Below are positions 31,067 through 34,182 of a DNA stretch of 34,182 nucleotides, in pieces. Both the position numbers and the translations under genes were made by a program. The DNA is from a virus (Duplodnaviria > Caudoviricetes), in the IMG/VR virus record IMGVR_UViG_3300008005_000044, positions 1 to 34,182 of that record; one strand, 5' to 3'. How positions within the stretch are numbered: the stretch's first letter is position 1; every line of letters starts with the position of its first letter. The notes beneath the pieces are model-generated. The model saw only the letters and a program-made list of their open reading frames with translations. It searched no databases and was not told where the DNA came from.

Positions 31067-31587
31067 AGATCCGCCTCTTGTAGGATCGTCTCTCGCCAAG
31101 CGAGCTGATAGATAAGCGCGGGGCCGTCGTCGATCGGCTCGATCGTCATCGTCACGAGCTGCGCGCCAGCCGGCACAGTGACCTCGTGCGAGAACCACCC
31201 GAGCGCCGCCCCAGTCAGCGCCATGAACGTCGTCGAGGTCGTCGCGCTATCGAACAGCCGAAACGTAATGGCGATCTCGCAGTCCTTGCCATAAGCATCA
31301 AACGTGAGCTTGCGCGCACCGCCTTTGAGACGTGTCGGGTCCGCGATGAATGCGTCAGGAAGCTGCCCGCCCGCAGTCACCGCATAGAGTACGACGGGCT
31401 TAGTGCCGAGCGCCGAGCTTAGGCCGTCTGGCCAATACAGGCCGTCACAGTGCTGACCTGAGCGCGAGAAGGTGCGCTGATTGCGCGGGATAAACGTCGC
31501 GACGTTGGCACTTAGGATCTGCCCGCCTGTGGTGAGATCCGTGGCGTTGACGTCGCTATCCCAGCTTGATGCGATCTCTTTAGTCAT
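31063..31587 (-). CDS. Minor tail protein (174 aa)
   Basis: Coupled to neighbours in the tail module; beta-rich. Confidence 0.65.
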   Translation of the reverse strand: MTKEIASSWDSDVNATDLTTGGQILSANVATFIPRNQRTFSRSGQHCDGLYWPDGLSSALGTKPVVLYAVTAGGQLPDAFIADPTRLKGGARKLTFDAYGKDCEIAITFRLFDSATTSTTFMALTGAALGWFSHEVTVPAGAQLVTMTIEPIDDGPALIYQLAWRETILQEADL

Positions 31588-33086
31588 TAGGGACCCTCCC
31601 AGCAGATTGAGCCGCCCACGACGTAGAGCACGCCGTAGCTAGCCAGCGACCAGGGCGGGGCCTCGATCTCGACGATCAGCGGCAGGTCCGCATCAAAAGT
31701 CAGACCCTCGAGCGCCAGATCAAAGCGCGGTGTATTGAGCAGCGCGAGCTCTTGGAGGGCTAGCGTGCCCCAGCGATAGCCTGCGCCGCTGGTGTAGGTC
31801 GTCTCCTCGAGGCGGGCGAGCCCCCGGCTCCAACTCCAACGCCTGGCGTCCACGAGCGCGCGGTGGTTGGATAGCGTGCTGCGCGCGTGCCAGCCGCGCA
31901 GCGTCGCGTCGATGGTCATGCTGCCGATCTCGGTCGGCGAGCTGCCACTCTCCCACTGGAGCAGTCGCATCGTGAGTGACTGTGTGTCCGTGCGATCGGG
32001 CTCTGCGGGATTGGCGTCCCCGTTGAGGACGCTGTCACCCGTCACATAGAGGATCGAGGGGTAGACTGTAAGGATGCCGCGCGCGCCTCGGTCCAGATAG
32101 ATCGAGTCGCGCACCAAGATGCCATTGAGCCCGCTGGCGCGCCTAAAGGGCGTGCGCTGCGAGAGCTCCTCACCGACGAGCACATCACCCGAGGGCCTGA
32201 TCGACAGGTAGCGGCGATGGTCGCGCGCGCGGTCGATGGCTAGACTGTGGCGTAGGTGAACGTGACCATGCACGGGGATATTGGGGTAGAGCTCGGGCTG
32301 GGCCGGGGCCGTCTTCGCGCCGTCTGTGCCCGCGACATCGAGCGAGATGGCGCGGGCCGCCCAGCCTGTGATCGCCAGCAGCGCCCCAGGATTACTAGGA
32401 TTGGAGTACACCTTGCGCGCACCATAGACGCGCCCACGGTCGTCTCCGCTGTCGAAGTTTCCGACCTCGAAGAAACTTTCGCCCTCTATGTAGAGGACGT
32501 TGTCCGGCCCGTTCTCCGCCGCGTCAGGTGCGAATGTCGAGCCGTAGGTGCCATCCTCGAGAATGAAGACTGTGGGCAAGAGCTGCCACGCTGCGGCGCC
32601 GATCGCCGCGCTCGTGGTAGGCAAGACGTTGCGCATCGTGATGATGATCTGGTCCTGATAGGTCTGCCCTCGGCGGGGGTTAGAGAGCTCGAGCGTGACC
32701 ACCTGCGGATCTGTGTCCCAAGCGAGCGTCACTTCGTCGATGAGGTCGGCGTTTTGGCGCAGGTAGGCCTTAAAGCTCAGACTAAGCGGCGAGGCCGCCT
32801 GTGAGTACATCAAGCCCGCCAGGCGCACGGTGAGCGTATCGACCTGCGGTGTGATCTCGACGGGGATCACTGCGATGATGGCCTCTTGCGCCGTGTAGAT
32901 CGCGTCACGCCACACGTGCGAGGTCGCGCCCCGATCATAGATCCTATTGGGCGAGCCCTGCATCGTGCTCGTGATATGGCCCTGATCGTCCTCGATCAGC
33001 GCCAGGTGCTGACCGCGCAAGGCGTTCTCGGCGAAGACGTCGATCGGCGCGTCGCTGTCGAGGATCTCGGTGTGGTAGGTCAGCAT
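31587..33086 (-). CDS. Minor tail/tail tip protein (499 aa)
   Basis: Start reassigned to ATG 33086 (MLTYHTEIL), 4 nt after the upstream stop; tail module synteny. Confidence 0.7.
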   Translation of the reverse strand: MLTYHTEILDSDAPIDVFAENALRGQHLALIEDDQGHITSTMQGSPNRIYDRGATSHVWRDAIYTAQEAIIAVIPVEITPQVDTLTVRLAGLMYSQAASPLSLSFKAYLRQNADLIDEVTLAWDTDPQVVTLELSNPRRGQTYQDQIIITMRNVLPTTSAAIGAAAWQLLPTVFILEDGTYGSTFAPDAAENGPDNVLYIEGESFFEVGNFDSGDDRGRVYGARKVYSNPSNPGALLAITGWAARAISLDVAGTDGAKTAPAQPELYPNIPVHGHVHLRHSLAIDRARDHRRYLSIRPSGDVLVGEELSQRTPFRRASGLNGILVRDSIYLDRGARGILTVYPSILYVTGDSVLNGDANPAEPDRTDTQSLTMRLLQWESGSSPTEIGSMTIDATLRGWHARSTLSNHRALVDARRWSWSRGLARLEETTYTSGAGYRWGTLALQELALLNTPRFDLALEGLTFDADLPLIVEIEAPPWSLASYGVLYVVGGSICWEGP

Positions 33087-33090
33087 GGCG

Positions 33091-34182
33091 TCACTCGTAG
33101 CGGTCGGGCACGTCGACGATGACGTACTCGCGTGGGTCGGTGGAGAGGGAGTAGACACCGCGCGCGACGCGGATCACGTCGCCAGGATCAGGGTCAACGG
33201 CGAACGGCCCGGACATAAAGAGCTGCCCGCCCGCCCAATACTGCGCCTCACCGAGGCCGACGACTCCAGTCCTGACCTCACCGTCAGCGGTCCAGGCCTC
33301 GACGGCGATCGGGTAGGATGGCCACTCGACGCCGATGTCGGTCGGGATGCCCCAGCCAGGATCGTCTATGGTGTCAATGACTGACGGCTCGGACACTGAC
33401 TCGACGACAAGCGCAGGAGCGCGCAGGCGCAGCAGGCCGCGCATGGGCCAGGCGCTAAGTAGCACCTTGAGCTCATGAGCCCCCTCACCAGGGAGCCACC
33501 TGCGGCTAATGATCTGGCCAACGAACGCCTCTTGATTGACGTCATTGGTAAAATCGCCATCGGGCGTGGGGAAGATAGGCGTCTCAAGCGTCTGGTGCTT
33601 AAGCAGGCGCACATAATCGCCTAGGCCGATCGTCTCACATCCCGAGGCCCTGACGTGCAGAATGGGCGCGCCACGCCAGCGCATCAGCGTCATCGAGAGC
33701 ACATAGGCCGTCCCCTCGATGCCAGCGCGGTTGACGTTGAGGTGTGCGAGGTCGAGCTCGGTGCTCTCACCGCGCGCAGGGTCAGATGCCTCGATGGTCG
33801 TGCTGATCGTGGCGCCAGGGTCCCAAGGCGTGCGCCCGTAGGTCGCGATCACCCTGTCAGTCGCGCCCACCTCGGGGCTCTCAAACTGCGCGACATCGCG
33901 CAGCGGCTGAATGGTCGTGATGTCGCTGCGGACATTGGGCGAGACGAGGCGCTTAAACGTGAGCGCGCCGCTCGGTGTGGTGCCAAAGACGTAGCCGCGC
34001 AGGCGCAGCAGCTGCACGACGGCAGGGATCACGCTCACAGGATTGCCGTCCCAGCCGAGGATCAAGCGGTCGCACGTCGCATTGGGATCGGCCGCCATCA
34101 GCGCGCGGATTTCCGCAATCGCTGCGGCGTCTGTGGCCCACCCAATGCGCGCTGACCACGCTGAGGGAAACAGCGTGAAGCC
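33091..34182 (-). CDS. Tail hub/baseplate-like minor tail protein, 3' part (begins at 1098 across the junction)
   Basis: In frame with 1098..1 through the terminal overlap; IGLGDYVRL and VGQIISRRW resemble hub OB-fold segments. Confidence 0.85.
   Translation of the reverse strand, partial: GFTLFPSAWSARIGWATDAAAIAEIRALMAADPNATCDRLILGWDGNPVSVIPAVVQLLRLRGYVFGTTPSGALTFKRLVSPNVRSDITTIQPLRDVAQFESPEVGATDRVIATYGRTPWDPGATISTTIEASDPARGESTELDLAHLNVNRAGIEGTAYVLSMTLMRWRGAPILHVRASGCETIGLGDYVRLLKHQTLETPIFPTPDGDFTNDVNQEAFVGQIISRRWLPGEGAHELKVLLSAWPMRGLLRLRAPALVVESVSEPSVIDTIDDPGWGIPTDIGVEWPSYPIAVEAWTADGEVRTGVVGLGEAQYWAGGQLFMSGPFAVDPDPGDVIRVARGVYSLSTDPREYVIVDVPDRYE
34060..34182. repeat. Terminal direct repeat, right copy
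   Basis: Identical to 1-123. Confidence 0.97.

Noticed and set aside
29936-33086. Diversity-generating retroelement or invertible tail-fibre cassette
   Set aside because: No reverse transcriptase, invertase or duplicated template/variable repeat was seen.

Overview
The window looks like a complete, circularly assembled genome of a GC-rich tailed phage. Bases 1-123 are identical to 34060-34182, giving a unit length of 34,059 bp, and one 688-aa tail gene reads straight across the junction. The minus strand carries a replication initiator with internal iterons, several small genes, a Mu-like head module (TerS, TerL, DUF935-type portal, protease/scaffold, decoration protein, capsid, gp36-like adaptor) and a non-contractile tail module (tube, chaperone with a -1 frameshift, TP901-type tape measure, distal tail and hub proteins, Ig plus lectin receptor-binding protein). 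It ends with an SLT endolysin, a holin-like protein and a metallophosphoesterase. The plus strand carries an early operon divergent from an XRE repressor, including a ParB-HTH-DNA adenine methyltransferase fusion, and a separate two-gene cassette shaped like an acr-aca operon. I see no integrase, transposase, tRNA or CRISPR array. The most unusual signals are a 16-bp palindrome (GTGCGGAAWTCCGCAC) dispersed at six strong sites, the acr-aca-like cassette, two structured intergenic RNA candidates, and an apparent excess of CTTGAG/CTCAAG. All product calls come from motifs and synteny read by eye; no database search was run.
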